Below, piece by piece: positions 12,001 through 18,408 of a DNA stretch of 53,362 nt; positions within the stretch are counted from its first letter, which is position 1; each line of letters begins with the position of its first letter. Source of the stretch: a virus. Lineage: Duplodnaviria; Caudoviricetes. Under the pieces are notes generated by a model that saw nothing but the letters and a program-made list of their open reading frames with translations, did not search any database and was not told the DNA's origin. The DNA is taken from positions 1 through 53,362 of the IMG/VR virus record IMGVR_UViG_3300044707_001188. The stretch is one strand, 5' to 3'. Position numbers and translations under genes: made by a program.

Positions 12001-14812
12001 GGGCCTGGCCTTGGGGCGTGATGCTGCTGTTGTCAGCCAGACCACGGTGCCGCAGGGCGTCCCGCAGGGCTGGGTTCTTGACGCCTTCCAGACCCCGATC
12101 CATCGCATCGGTGAGCCCGCCGACAACTTCATCCGGTCCGAACCGCAGTTGTCCTGGGGTCGGCTCGGGACGGGTCGCAGCGGGTGGAATCGCCGCAGGC
12201 GCTACCCCGCCAGTAGCCGTTTGTGCGCCGGCACCGGCGTTGGCCAGTGGGCCTGCGCCACCTGCAGCAGTTGGTGGCCTGCCCGTGTTGTCGATGGGTC
12301 CTTGTCCTGGCTGCCCTGGCGCACCAGCAGCGCCCCGAGGATCGCCGCTGCCATCGGACTGTCCTGCGCCCTGGGGCTGGGCGGGTGGGGTGTTGGCTTG
12401 TCCATCCGGGGTGATCTCCTTCGTCAACTCCGTGAGCACGTCCGACGGCGCAGGCGTGTCGCCGAACAGGCCTCCGCCCTGACCCGCCTGGCTGACGAGC
12501 CGGGTGTATTCCTCCAGCAGGCTGACCACGCGGTCGCGGCCCAGCGGGCGGGTGAGGAACTCGCCGCCATAGAACAGGCGCAGCGCGCTCAGCATCAGCG
12601 GATCCGGCGTCTGGCCGGTGGTCAGATCCACCTGTCGCGACAGGTCGTGCAGGCTGCGCCGGTCCTGACGAGCGCGGCGGATCATCCGCACGGCGTCCAC
12701 CACCGCGGGGGTGATGTCGGCCGAGGGCTCGACCGTGCCCGCGCGCACCGAGTCCCGCAGGTTGGCCCAAGCCCCTGCCGACAGCTTCAGCGCCTCGCCG
12801 ATGGTCTTGATGTCGGTGTCGGTGGACTCGAACATCTCCGAGATCAAGTCGGGGTCGCCGTAGGCGGCTTGCGCCATTGCGGCCTGGATGCGCGACCGCC
12901 CAGTGGGCGACAGGAAGCCCTCGCCGGTCATCAGGTTGGCAATGTCCTGCCCGGCGCCGTGCAACTTCCCGACGAAGGCGCGTACGAAGTCGCGGTTGTC
13001 CCGGGAGGCGACATCGCCGCCCTGCCACATCGCCAGAACGCTGGAATCGATGAGCCGGGCGTCCTGGCGCGCCAGCTCGGCCGGCGACATCCCCAGCCCC
13101 TGCCCTTGCGACAGCGCCGCCATGTTGGCGACGTTGCTCGCATCGGCATACAGCCGCACGAGCACCGGGTTCGCCGTCGAGCGGATCACGGCAGGGTCCA
13201 CCCCGTGCTGTGGCGCATCACGCTCGAGTTCGGCCTGATAGTTCGCTGCGGTCCCCGCCTCGTAGGCGCGGCGCAGGCCGGCCGTGCGCCCGTTGTTCAA
13301 GGCCTTGAGGGTGCCTGGAGCGGCATTGCCGAAGGCCGGGTTCACCGACCCGTCGGCAAAGTTGCTGGGCTGCAGAGCGTTCGCATCGACCACCGCGTAG
13401 CGGAAGGGCACACGCCGACCGTCGGCCATCACGGCCACGTCCTCGCGGCCCAGGGCCGATGGGGGAACGAGCGAGGTGTCGTCCCCCACCGCGAACACCA
13501 TCGGCGCACCGGCGTCGGGAGAGCGACTGGGACCCAGGCGCAGATAGTCGGGGTTGGCCGCGATCGACTGCATCTGCGCGATGGAGGCTGCGCGCGTGCG
13601 GTCGCGGTTCTGGGCGTCGAGTTCGGTGTCGGCGGGCGCCGAAGTGCCGGGCCCTGTGGGCGTCACACCCAAGGGCAGGATGCTCGCCTCATCCGACGGC
13701 ACCCCGAGCTGCTGCGAGAGACGCGCGCGCAGCGCCTGCTCCTGCGGCGTCAGCGCCCGGGTCTGAGCCAGAACGTCCAGTTCGGCCAAGCGGACCAGCG
13801 GATCGGGTGCCGGGGTCCGTGGCGTTGATGCGGGCGTCGGCGTGGAAGGCGGCGTTGGCGAGGAAGGCTGCACAGGCGCAGGCTGACCCAGGCCGGCATT
13901 CGCATAGTCCAGGGCCCCACCGACAGCCCCGCCCGGTGCAGCCAACGCCCCTTCGAGCACCGCCGAGCCCGCCACACCCCGATAGGCCGGCGTCGGGAAT
14001 CCCGCACGGTCGGTGGCGACGTTGGCGGCGTACTGCTCCTGCCCGCCTTGGGCCGCCTCCAGCGGCACCTCGCGCGCCACGCCTGCGAGCACCGAGCCCG
14101 TAAACGGCACAACACCTCGCTGGGCCGTCGATGCGGCCACGCTCTGCGCAGCCTCACGGCCGAGCACACGCGCAATGGCGCCTTCGACACCGGTGACAGA
14201 GGCTGCGCCGCCAAGCGCAGCGCCGCCGGCGATCAGCCCGGGGTTCTCAGCGTAGCTCTGGGCCTGGGTGGCGATGGAACGCGCATCGGCCTCAGAACGG
14301 CCTTCCTGACGCGCCCGCTCGTAGACCTGGTCGTAGATCGCCGACTTGACGACCCCCGTCCCCTGCACTGCGCCTACGCCGCCGAGCACCCCGAGACGGG
14401 CGCCCCAGGAAGCTTCACGCACGCCTGGGAGGAGTGAGGCCGCGATAACGGGCGCGCCGGTGGCCACCGCGCCGAGTCCCATGCGCACCGGGGCGATGCC
14501 GGCCGCGCGCAGGGCTTGCATGGCCTGCTCGCCAACACCCTTGTCCTCGGCGTCGCGCATGATTCGCGCAACTTCTTCGTCCTCGTACTGGGCGCGAAGG
14601 CTCTGCAGGCCCTTGACGGCCTGGTCGGCCACCCGCAGGCCACCGGAGACCGCGTTGTCCGCGCCGGCCACGTCGGTGATGAAGCGCAGGCCCTTGATCC
14701 CCCCGCTGACCACTTCGAGGCCCAGGTCCCCGGCGCTGCGCAGCACACCCGGGTTGGCGGACTCCGGGATGACCGGCTTGATCCCGAGTTCGTCGAAGAG
14801 GTTTCGCGCCAT
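32..14812 (-). CDS. Giant polyvalent / DarB-like internal virion protein: hydrophobic N-term, DdrB-like ParB domain, N6-adenine MTase, Strawberry-notch SF2 helicase, JAB/RadC, zincin peptidase, putative ART, LPD38-like C-term
   Basis: Motifs VPFRYAVVDA..NNGR (~13410-13290); YSTP, EPTAG, NPPF (~10950-10685); GDQTGIGKGR, DESH, QMLGRVHRTGQ (~9560-7870); HNHPSG..SRAD (~5740-5700); HEILH (~4590); IPEFVKER..IPLPLG..NRDWTGRPI (~970-650). ATG 14812 (MARNLFDEL) preferred over TTG 14851. Confidence 0.9.
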   Translation of the reverse strand: MARNLFDELGIKPVIPESANPGVLRSAGDLGLEVVSGGIKGLRFITDVAGADNAVSGGLRVADQAVKGLQSLRAQYEDEEVARIMRDAEDKGVGEQAMQALRAAGIAPVRMGLGAVATGAPVIAASLLPGVREASWGARLGVLGGVGAVQGTGVVKSAIYDQVYERARQEGRSEADARSIATQAQSYAENPGLIAGGAALGGAASVTGVEGAIARVLGREAAQSVAASTAQRGVVPFTGSVLAGVAREVPLEAAQGGQEQYAANVATDRAGFPTPAYRGVAGSAVLEGALAAPGGAVGGALDYANAGLGQPAPVQPSSPTPPSTPTPASTPRTPAPDPLVRLAELDVLAQTRALTPQEQALRARLSQQLGVPSDEASILPLGVTPTGPGTSAPADTELDAQNRDRTRAASIAQMQSIAANPDYLRLGPSRSPDAGAPMVFAVGDDTSLVPPSALGREDVAVMADGRRVPFRYAVVDANALQPSNFADGSVNPAFGNAAPGTLKALNNGRTAGLRRAYEAGTAANYQAELERDAPQHGVDPAVIRSTANPVLVRLYADASNVANMAALSQGQGLGMSPAELARQDARLIDSSVLAMWQGGDVASRDNRDFVRAFVGKLHGAGQDIANLMTGEGFLSPTGRSRIQAAMAQAAYGDPDLISEMFESTDTDIKTIGEALKLSAGAWANLRDSVRAGTVEPSADITPAVVDAVRMIRRARQDRRSLHDLSRQVDLTTGQTPDPLMLSALRLFYGGEFLTRPLGRDRVVSLLEEYTRLVSQAGQGGGLFGDTPAPSDVLTELTKEITPDGQANTPPAQPQGAGQSDGSGDPRGAAGAPGQPGQGPIDNTGRPPTAAGGAGPLANAGAGAQTATGGVAPAAIPPAATRPEPTPGQLRFGPDEVVGGLTDAMDRGLEGVKNPALRDALRHRGLADNSSITPQGQALHRLLMQSDEQRQADLDFRTAQDIVDTAVGFYRLGGKPPAAQRRQTPASSAPASAPATRQGATNDEEGQGQEAPETGVLTPSAGAPGQTPGAPVDSSTPAAPSDATAAAKPNTIFTEDAAQAARERLRKKLGRLQSGIDPETLLDGITLAGYHIERGARRFAAYARAMVDDLGEAVKPYLVSWYLAVRNDPRAASFKADMDRAADVEDIDVDAAIAQDAQNKRNAQTDNTAPELQTTQNAAERPSLTTASGRRATAQALADRLLGGEGFKTIVEARKFIAELTGQPVEPGTQAAKRADETVEVAVVLAGREIVAAARRQGRTDGVIYDRLVNLYGLQPVLGMRSSTSVREQAYSTPVPLAFLASRLAGIKPGDKVGEPTAGNTMLLIEVAPKDAVVNELNAERADNARALGFEVQRNDAATSALAPPKSLDVAVMNPPFGVVRDDKGEPTVWAAAPFFATREVDHAIAMKALESLKDDGRAVLIVGGVDARAEDEIRDGYRAKAKREFYFRLYNDYQVVDHFTVDGDLYARQGAGYPVDVIVIAGRGGKATRPLPAAQLPVRFDSWPALKEKLDANAAVNAPGAASGSGAVVSPERPGGSVRGDGAPGRTDAVGVDGRRGGPDQPNGGSTSARPADGQSGAVGDGRDGSREGIRGGRQPVQPQPASADGAVSSDEQSDQSVPGQGARSPDGADGGRPGGAGGNRSGGVAGDGPGRDQLVKPGLSDRRGQEQETAGQVAYTPGSSAPSVGTLVPRAMRDSVQKSLERVQAAVGDLDAFVAQKLEYDPLELAGYFSAEQVDALALAIYNAEQGRGFIIGDQTGIGKGRVVAGMIRYALRSGKVPIFVTEKPNLYADMIRDLDDIGMAEELGLSTQRPGILMTNSKESIDYTLQRERNGDRVELELVLRPPASGPELNKLMDGMVGEGSLGRFKVIFTTYSQIQTVAGKTTARMRFLQAFADGGYVIFDESHNAGGTSTTQARTKEQREALKQGEDKLGRAGFARVLVRNSAGSFFSSATYAKRPDVMDLYSSTNMMLAVEKPTQLAPAIQTGGVPLQQIVATMLSEDGQYIRRERTFAGVGYETRATTVDKATAENMATAMRMVLAFSRAKEAAVEAIKKELDKEGAVITEKGTEKATVQGANFGAIMHNLIDQMLLALKAQDSVDFAIERLKAGEKVVLTVANTMGSFLADYAKEMDLRPGEPVALSFRDLYLRYLEKQRVITIKRPGGAPPEQSRLTDEQLGESLVKMFNRTAEFIGNAGFGAAPISPIDFMHNRLREAGFKTDEITGRNITVNYAGPSPVLANRTANIRQRLRAIRGFNGGEVDALILNQSGSTGLSLHASAKVKDQRKRRMIIVQAERNIDTHMQMLGRVHRTGQVITPDYTQAMADIPAEMRPAAVLMKKMASLNANTTASRKSAVTAEGVVDFMNDYGGQVAAEFLMDNPDVHAELGGQDRLEVPDKVEEADDELIRKLTGYIPILPIKQQEEIYADLTQRYNDLIAREDAMGTNKLEAKALNLGAKTLSSEQVTAQREGDAGSRFAEPAHMEKVDVARTVKPMSSAEVEAAIAQSLGGQTALKMRVDMIRDLSARTAIYVQALRAKLEAADTDPLKIQRQVDTVGMQKNLVEETLRNYGVGDQVTVLDSMQVPTYGIITSIANTGTTKNPAAGSSWKITLALANGDARSLTLSVSQLGRSVTLRKQVEPVAALDPKTDTARYYSIPELFDLYSGGSGNVRREQRWMVTGNLLAGFAKFPGQIVSYTTDDGRVQQGVLMRRGYDFEKVKQQAAADAVVFTAPVKLMQFFERAGGGATVRNAAGTLRILRSHGEGAPTYSISVAAAKREGGTYYLDQRLIDALRQDFYKRGDVMSVRNLNEATLRRAVEHLLQVRADGKLIPVSHPDVAREVLGLPPLKTGKADGDANLAREESGVYNVNDPVSNYDLSYDLFPETQQDLQPVAGRALPRARGGDLRSRAGQATSAGDVLPTATLSVRSNPTLPGVYQVNDQLVQVNVRDLPVASVKTWQDAVDALQAIGDYAVEHMDVLITNMAGKPLAVVGSFKGAIAQTAVYPTTILAEALRIKGAATAWGVHNHPSGSAELSRADEYLNQAVASVFRDTSIRWTGMAAVANGGDWRAVEGDGANFVSGKVRPGKTVARIPVVDRLIRRVDSANVVIDTPSRAKDVVQNLAGGQPGIVFVSHSHRVTAWVPMIQEEMLSLTKEGRLDRLLNSGAFSGSAAYLLSIPVQGGSKVEVARAERAAQNMANALARLDLRLLDVIDPVTRSSMAERGTQPSGSVGGTLSNLAPMNPGRHEAAGVTRRSARKALEEDFAPDDGEAEVPRIQAARRLSKLAERLAKGEIDDEQYILAVRMLTAELDAAAQAKRHKRVFGRSRKRGADLVRERLLQARRRGDLDPDDVAFALWALDRNPALAADLGISIESPGEDTPSGDYNPTTRVMRLFKGDALRGTAVHEILHHAERMMPAPMQGRIRAEWAKALAAGYKNATSEQRQALDHILPAMAGDRSARDALKSAFAKGVLKYDPHYQLVNPSEFWAVNATRLLHRRYAASDAMWRRIMVWMREMVERIKGLLGARADAAVLRAMEYVVGADNDGSFQSRQMLFEGVSGILDNRKASDITTMARLQRVLREGVGGRPVYLRFARDIEGDVRGRRSKNWVDGRREMGLSVVQLVESPDALGYYQPFEDLPQDHPANLGGGISNYIDYLGFRHAKGAYLVTGDVVGIGSDGEPLLVNASVIGELSKTVLVEGLMAWSQEQERRDVQQGRAPGLVASNEKFLTNELRLGAELEEVKRAASAPDAGPSPVLENPAPARRGADAEPDVNRMTPAQIEAEIRELIPRVEKAYEAGPRSASMAERLDARLETLMDALESSFAELEEDQMTRADLLNPLLLHKLQDGEAGDSEADIVRDLANVWREMTDARSPYGGMMPPEQADFIRGMVDDYAWRHGGMEPNLPDSVVLDAAQDAFAAVYGLRARQLARIQRERANASKVAPVRRASDGRPVLLENLAPPPPSQPNAAGPNPPPQPGPAQRSRWQALKQRVIALTSPEALDKLIYEFQDKFVDLKRIRARIQALGGAISDLNDAYLGEELFHKRLARRTQVFLDDELRPLLAEMRERGVTMEDFERYLHARHAAEANAEMARRNPSQVELDARRAQANADVKALELRLQSAVARGTSTRALNEALDAARETQSVWRRAQAFRGTEEERLSLSGMSDAEAAAVIAALTPPRLADMDALAARVDAVNARTLELLEHYGLMERSVLDAWRRAYRYYVPLHRDEAHPDSVAHPTGMGFNVKGPAARQRVGSNERVTHILGHIAMQREAALTRGEKDLVLKKLYVMAAQNPDPDLWRVDELPVIKVVDPFTRTVRKVADPNYRNLPYVLMLRIAGQDVAITFNERNPQALRLAHSLKNLDIGDLHAAVTLVAKGTRWFASVNTQYNPVFGVINFARDAQSGLLNLSTTALAGREREVASGVFPALRAIYRQERGKQAANPANRQWIDLWKQLQEAGGSTGYRDLYANIEDRTRELEKELGRLDRGAAGKTVHYVLDWLSDYNEAMENAVRVSAFKVALDQGMSTERAASLAKNLTVNFNRKGRQTREIGAFYAFFNAAIQGTVRMWETLRGPMGRKIMLGGVLLGAVNALIGMAVMGGDDDGDDHWDKIPEFVKERSLIVPLGREDYLSIPLPLGFHFLPNVGRLAVEFMLGGPDKTAGRQIGRLLQVMLDAFNPLGGSQTFSQMVTPTVADPAVALWQNRDWTGRPIYRETMNPLDPQPGTAMAKDSATPWAKAASELTNWITGGTKYQPGMWSPTPDQIDYVIGQLTGGIGREIGKLAQTVSAPYTGDELPPHKIPLLGRLYGNTRGISGQSEAFYENVKRLNQIENELQGRAKNREDVEAYRRGEPLADMVAEGNKAEAAVSRLRRMRREVQLRQEEGYQERVRGIDAEIARVMEGLNRGVTGRLQALNLSN
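9832..10281 (-). CDS. Putative nested (+1 frame) 149-aa protein inside the MTase-helicase linker of the giant gene
   Basis: AAGGAG-7nt-ATG; product has globular-like composition while the host frame here is a G/R/D/P-rich linker. Confidence 0.55.
   Translation of the reverse strand: MQTPPSTPQEQRRVLVPWCPPNVQAGLCGVMVPPGELTQWAWMDAVEDRINRMVDQHPQGLRMANRALSAMGVMGVVRAYEAGGSLFSHNLHLQTVLSLQMNSRINPFPAKVPARPTVRMEAVREALEETDLEAWLEMALAETSSSSLD
11764..11811 (-). CDS. Putative nested 15-aa basic peptide MMKKGKGKKPPKPGY (+1 frame)
   Basis: AAGGAG-6nt-ATGATG...TGA read directly on the minus strand. Confidence 0.3.
   Translation of the reverse strand: MMKKGKGKKPPKPGY
12202..12405 (-). CDS. Putative nested 67-aa ORF (+1 frame) in the linker after the ParB-like region
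   Basis: AAGGAG ~10 nt upstream of ATG; helix-like core MAAAILGALLVRQ; host frame is low complexity. Confidence 0.3.
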   Translation of the reverse strand: MDKPTPHPPSPRAQDSPMAAAILGALLVRQGSQDKDPSTTRAGHQLLQVAQAHWPTPVPAHKRLLAG

Positions 14813-14853
14813 GAGCAAGCCGCCAGCCGCCGAGTTGAGACCGGCGTCCAAGG

Positions 14854-14864
14854 TGCCATGCTTG
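14854..14864 (-). promoter_or_regulatory. Putative late-promoter motif CAAGCATGGCA (copy 1, upstream of giant gene)
   Basis: Exact 11-mer, intergenic; here inside the inverted repeat GGTGCCA-tgct-TGGCACC (14852-14869). Confidence 0.65.
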
Positions 14865-14881
14865 GCACCCGATGCGGCTGC

Positions 14882-17389
14882 TCAGCGGCGCGGCGGTGGC
14901 GCGTCGGTGACGCGCGGCGGGTTGGCGATACGGATACCCCCGTCGCGCTGATTCAGAACGACCAGACCGGCCCGCCTGACGGCTTCGACGAATCGCCCGA
15001 AGGCCTCCTCGGGCGGCTCTTCGGATTGCGCGGTGACAGTGATCTTGCTGCTGACATCGTCATCCACCTTGATCTGCCGGCCGGTGGCGGCGGCCACCGC
15101 TCGCGCAACGGCAGCAGTGGGCGCGTCCTTGAAGGACATGCGGATGGGCGCGGCAGGTGGTGCGACGGGCTGCGCGGACGAGGTAACAGCGGGGGAATCC
15201 GACGCCGATGGCGCGACAGAGCGCACGCCGGTGCTTGCCAAAGCCGCAGCGGACGGTGCCGTGACTGCGGGCGCCGCGGAGGCCGGCGAAGCGGCTGCCT
15301 GCGGCGATACCGGTACGCCAGGCGCCGGTGCAGAGTTCGACACGATTGGCGCAACTGGAGGTTGTGTGGTGGGCGCCCGAACTGACGCTTCTCGCCGCGA
15401 GTGCGCCTCGATGGAGGCGGGCGCAGGCGGGGCTGCAACCGTAACCGCGCCGCCTGCAGCGGCTGAAGTTGGCGCGGCAGCAGGAACCGGCCGCGCCGGA
15501 ATCCTCGGCGGCCCGAGGTCGATCCCAGGCGCAATGGCGCCGGGTGGCGGCGCCGCAGACGTGGCGGGTGCCACAGGAGCGGGCGCTGCGACTGGCGCAG
15601 CCGCCGGCGCGCCGGCGCCCTGCTTCTCCCGCGCGTCGTTGGCATAGACCACGGCCTGCAACTGGTCCACCGTCATGTTCATGCGCCCGGCGAGCTGCTC
15701 CATGACCTGATCCATCGGCAGCTTGGCACTCCGAGCAGTCTCCTCCAAGGCCCGGGTGGTCACCGTCGGAAGGAACGCGTTCACTTTGCTGGAATCGACG
15801 CCAGAGGTGCCGCCGCGCGCCGCAGTGCCAGCCGCAACCGGCGCAGAGCCCGGCGCCTCGATGGTGGCTGGCGCACCCACCTTGCCGTCCGGGGCCACGG
15901 GCGTGATCAGGACGCGGCCGTCCCGCAGGCGCTGCGTCACGGTGCCACCGCCGCCCAGCGGGTTGGGCGTGAAGGTCGATTCGACTTTGGGCTCCGAGGG
16001 GACCACCTGGATCACGCCCAGCCGCGCGGCGTTGATCTGGGCCGCCGACGCGTTCGGGTTGAGCTGCCTGAAGAGGGCTTCCCGCGCGTCCTGCTCGGCC
16101 TTGGTGGCGACGCCACGGGCGTCGGCCGCTGCCTCTGCTCGCCTGTCGTCGCGCGCGAGGTTGGCGACATAGGCGTCGTCTCGCCGCACGTTGGAGGCGT
16201 TCGCAGCGCCCTGGTTGTTGGCCGTCATCACTGCGCGCGCCTGCTCGTTCTCGGCCTTGATCACCTCAGCCAGCGTCTTGTTGACCCCCGCGATCATCTT
16301 GAAGGCGCGGTCGGGGTTGGTCTGCAGCAGCTGGCCCGCCGCCCAGAGTTCGGCCTGGTCGGCGCGGGACAGGCGCAGGAACAGAGCCCGCTTGTCCGGC
16401 TGCACGATGGAGGCCTGCCGGATGCCGGTCTTCGGGTCCGCATCGCCTATCGTGATGCCCGGCGAGCCGGCGTTGAGCAGCTCGATGGACTTGTCGACCT
16501 GGGCCTGCGCGCCGTCGTAGCCCTTGCGGAAGTCGTTGACGACGTCGTCGATAACCTGCTCCTGGCCTTTCTCGAACAGGTTCTGGAACTGCCCACGGTC
16601 GCCGCGCAGCCTGGCCGACTCCGCCATGCGGAACAGGTTCATCGCCTTGTCGGAGTAGCGCGGGCCGGCGGCAGGCTTCGCCGGCTCAGGGGCAGCAGCA
16701 GGCGCAGGGTTGCCCGGCGAGACAGGGCTTGCCACTTGCGGGGAACCGGGTGCGGCTATCGCCGGCGGCACTGCGGACGGGCTGGAGGTGGAAGGTGTCG
16801 CCTCTGCTGGTCTGGAGCCTTCCGGCCGGAAGAACCCGACATCGCCCTCAGCCACTGCCACCGCACGCCCGACGCCCACGGGATCGACCGCGCGCTGCAG
16901 CCGGCCCATTGCGGTGCCCTGGGTCCACAGGTACTGCAGACCACGCGTGATCGCGCTGGCCCGAGGGTTCTCTCGGTACCACTGGGCCTGCTGCTCGGGG
17001 GTCATCTGCTCCCAGTCGGTGGGCGCCGCGCCGGCTGCGGTCGTAGAACCAGGCACCTCTGCCGCGGTGGCGAGCGGCACCGCAGATACCGCTGGCATCG
17101 CAGGCCCTGTCGATACGACGGCCGGTCGTGGCGCAGCAGCCGCCTGAGGTGCGGACTGCAACGGCCCGGGGTCGATGCCCACCCCGCGCACGATCTCGGC
17201 GTCAATGGCATCCGCACGGCGGTTGTTCTCAGCGCGACGCTCGGCTTCGGCGACGCCCAATTCGAGCTGGCGCAGGCGGAGCTTGCGCTCCTCTTCCTCG
17301 CGCTTGACCCGATCCTCCCGCTCCTTGCGGTCGAGGGCTGCCTGGGCAGCGGACGAGCCGATCTGGAATCCCGTCTGGAACGCGCCCAT
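14882..17389 (-). CDS. Internal virion/ejection protein with Pro/Ala-rich linker and C-terminal secretin (GspD) N0-like domain
   Basis: MGAFQTGFQIG N-terminus typical of ejection proteins; position in ejection cluster; C-term IRMSFKDAP..AVARAVAAATGRQIKVDDDVSSKITV. Confidence 0.75.
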   Translation of the reverse strand: MGAFQTGFQIGSSAAQAALDRKEREDRVKREEEERKLRLRQLELGVAEAERRAENNRRADAIDAEIVRGVGIDPGPLQSAPQAAAAPRPAVVSTGPAMPAVSAVPLATAAEVPGSTTAAGAAPTDWEQMTPEQQAQWYRENPRASAITRGLQYLWTQGTAMGRLQRAVDPVGVGRAVAVAEGDVGFFRPEGSRPAEATPSTSSPSAVPPAIAAPGSPQVASPVSPGNPAPAAAPEPAKPAAGPRYSDKAMNLFRMAESARLRGDRGQFQNLFEKGQEQVIDDVVNDFRKGYDGAQAQVDKSIELLNAGSPGITIGDADPKTGIRQASIVQPDKRALFLRLSRADQAELWAAGQLLQTNPDRAFKMIAGVNKTLAEVIKAENEQARAVMTANNQGAANASNVRRDDAYVANLARDDRRAEAAADARGVATKAEQDAREALFRQLNPNASAAQINAARLGVIQVVPSEPKVESTFTPNPLGGGGTVTQRLRDGRVLITPVAPDGKVGAPATIEAPGSAPVAAGTAARGGTSGVDSSKVNAFLPTVTTRALEETARSAKLPMDQVMEQLAGRMNMTVDQLQAVVYANDAREKQGAGAPAAAPVAAPAPVAPATSAAPPPGAIAPGIDLGPPRIPARPVPAAAPTSAAAGGAVTVAAPPAPASIEAHSRREASVRAPTTQPPVAPIVSNSAPAPGVPVSPQAAASPASAAPAVTAPSAAALASTGVRSVAPSASDSPAVTSSAQPVAPPAAPIRMSFKDAPTAAVARAVAAATGRQIKVDDDVSSKITVTAQSEEPPEEAFGRFVEAVRRAGLVVLNQRDGGIRIANPPRVTDAPPPRR

Positions 17390-17392
17390 CGC

Positions 17393-18406
17393 TCAGACCT
17401 CCATCCACTGGATACCGAGCCGGGCGTAGTCCACGCTCGCGTAGCCCGAGCCGTCATAGCTGACCGCACCCGGGTCGATGCGCTCCACCTCGTCGGCCAT
17501 CACACCGCGGAACCGCCGCCCCTCAGCGTCGTCGAGATAGCCGAACTCGTACAGCGTCAGTCCCGTACGACCGTCATGCCCGACGGCGACGATGTCGGTC
17601 TTCAGGCGCCGGTCGCTGAACATGAACTTCGTCACCCCGCCGGCTACCGCCCCAAGGATGGTGTTGAACGGGTCGTTGGCGGCCGCGATCTGATCCTGGT
17701 TGTTCTTGTAGTTGGCCTGCGCGTTCCACATCCCTGTGGCGTTGGCCCCCATCGAGGCCGCGCCGGCGTTGGCCATGCCGAAACCCGCGTTCATCCCGGC
17801 TGCCCCGGCGTTGGCCGCACCCTGGGCGCCGAGCGCCATGTTGACCGTCTGGCCGGTGGCGCTTGTGGTCATCGCCGGGTAGCCCGCAAGCGCGTTGGAA
17901 GCCCGGTCGGTCAGCGCATAGCCCTCGGCGCGCGCGGCGCGGCGGGCGTTGTTCATGCCGCCTGCCGTCAGCGCAGCCTCACCCAGCACCAGGCGCGCAT
18001 CACCGGCTCGGCCCGAGCCAGGCATGATCCCGCGACGGGCCAGGTCCCGCCCCGACGAAGCACGCGCGTTGGCAATGGCGATCTGGGCGTCGGCTCCCGC
18101 CTCCTGGGCGAGTTCGTCGCGGCGCGCCCGGGCGTCGAAGGTGTTGGCGTCCGACACCAGGCGGTCCTGCACGCCGCTGAGCATGGCCCGGCGCGTGAGC
18201 ATCCAGCTGCGGTCGGCCTGCGTGTCGGCAGCGCCCTGACGCGCCTGGTCGAGCGCGAACTGCGTGGCCTCGCGCTGCAGCGGCAGCATGGACTCGGAAT
18301 TGCGGACGATGCGCTGGATGACGTCGTCCTGCACCTCCATCGAGCGGATCTGTGCCTCGGTCAGGCGCGGATCAGGCGGCGGCGCATCGGAACCCTTGGT
18401 ACCCAT
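17393..18406 (-). CDS. Ejection/pilot protein with C-terminal intramolecular chaperone (peptidase S74-like)
   Basis: GGAG RBS and ATG at 18406 (MGTKGSDAPPPDP); Ala/Gly/Asn-rich helical body; SDRRLK..GVMADEV..VDY. Confidence 0.8.
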   Translation of the reverse strand: MGTKGSDAPPPDPRLTEAQIRSMEVQDDVIQRIVRNSESMLPLQREATQFALDQARQGAADTQADRSWMLTRRAMLSGVQDRLVSDANTFDARARRDELAQEAGADAQIAIANARASSGRDLARRGIMPGSGRAGDARLVLGEAALTAGGMNNARRAARAEGYALTDRASNALAGYPAMTTSATGQTVNMALGAQGAANAGAAGMNAGFGMANAGAASMGANATGMWNAQANYKNNQDQIAAANDPFNTILGAVAGGVTKFMFSDRRLKTDIVAVGHDGRTGLTLYEFGYLDDAEGRRFRGVMADEVERIDPGAVSYDGSGYASVDYARLGIQWMEV

Positions 18407-18408
18407 GG

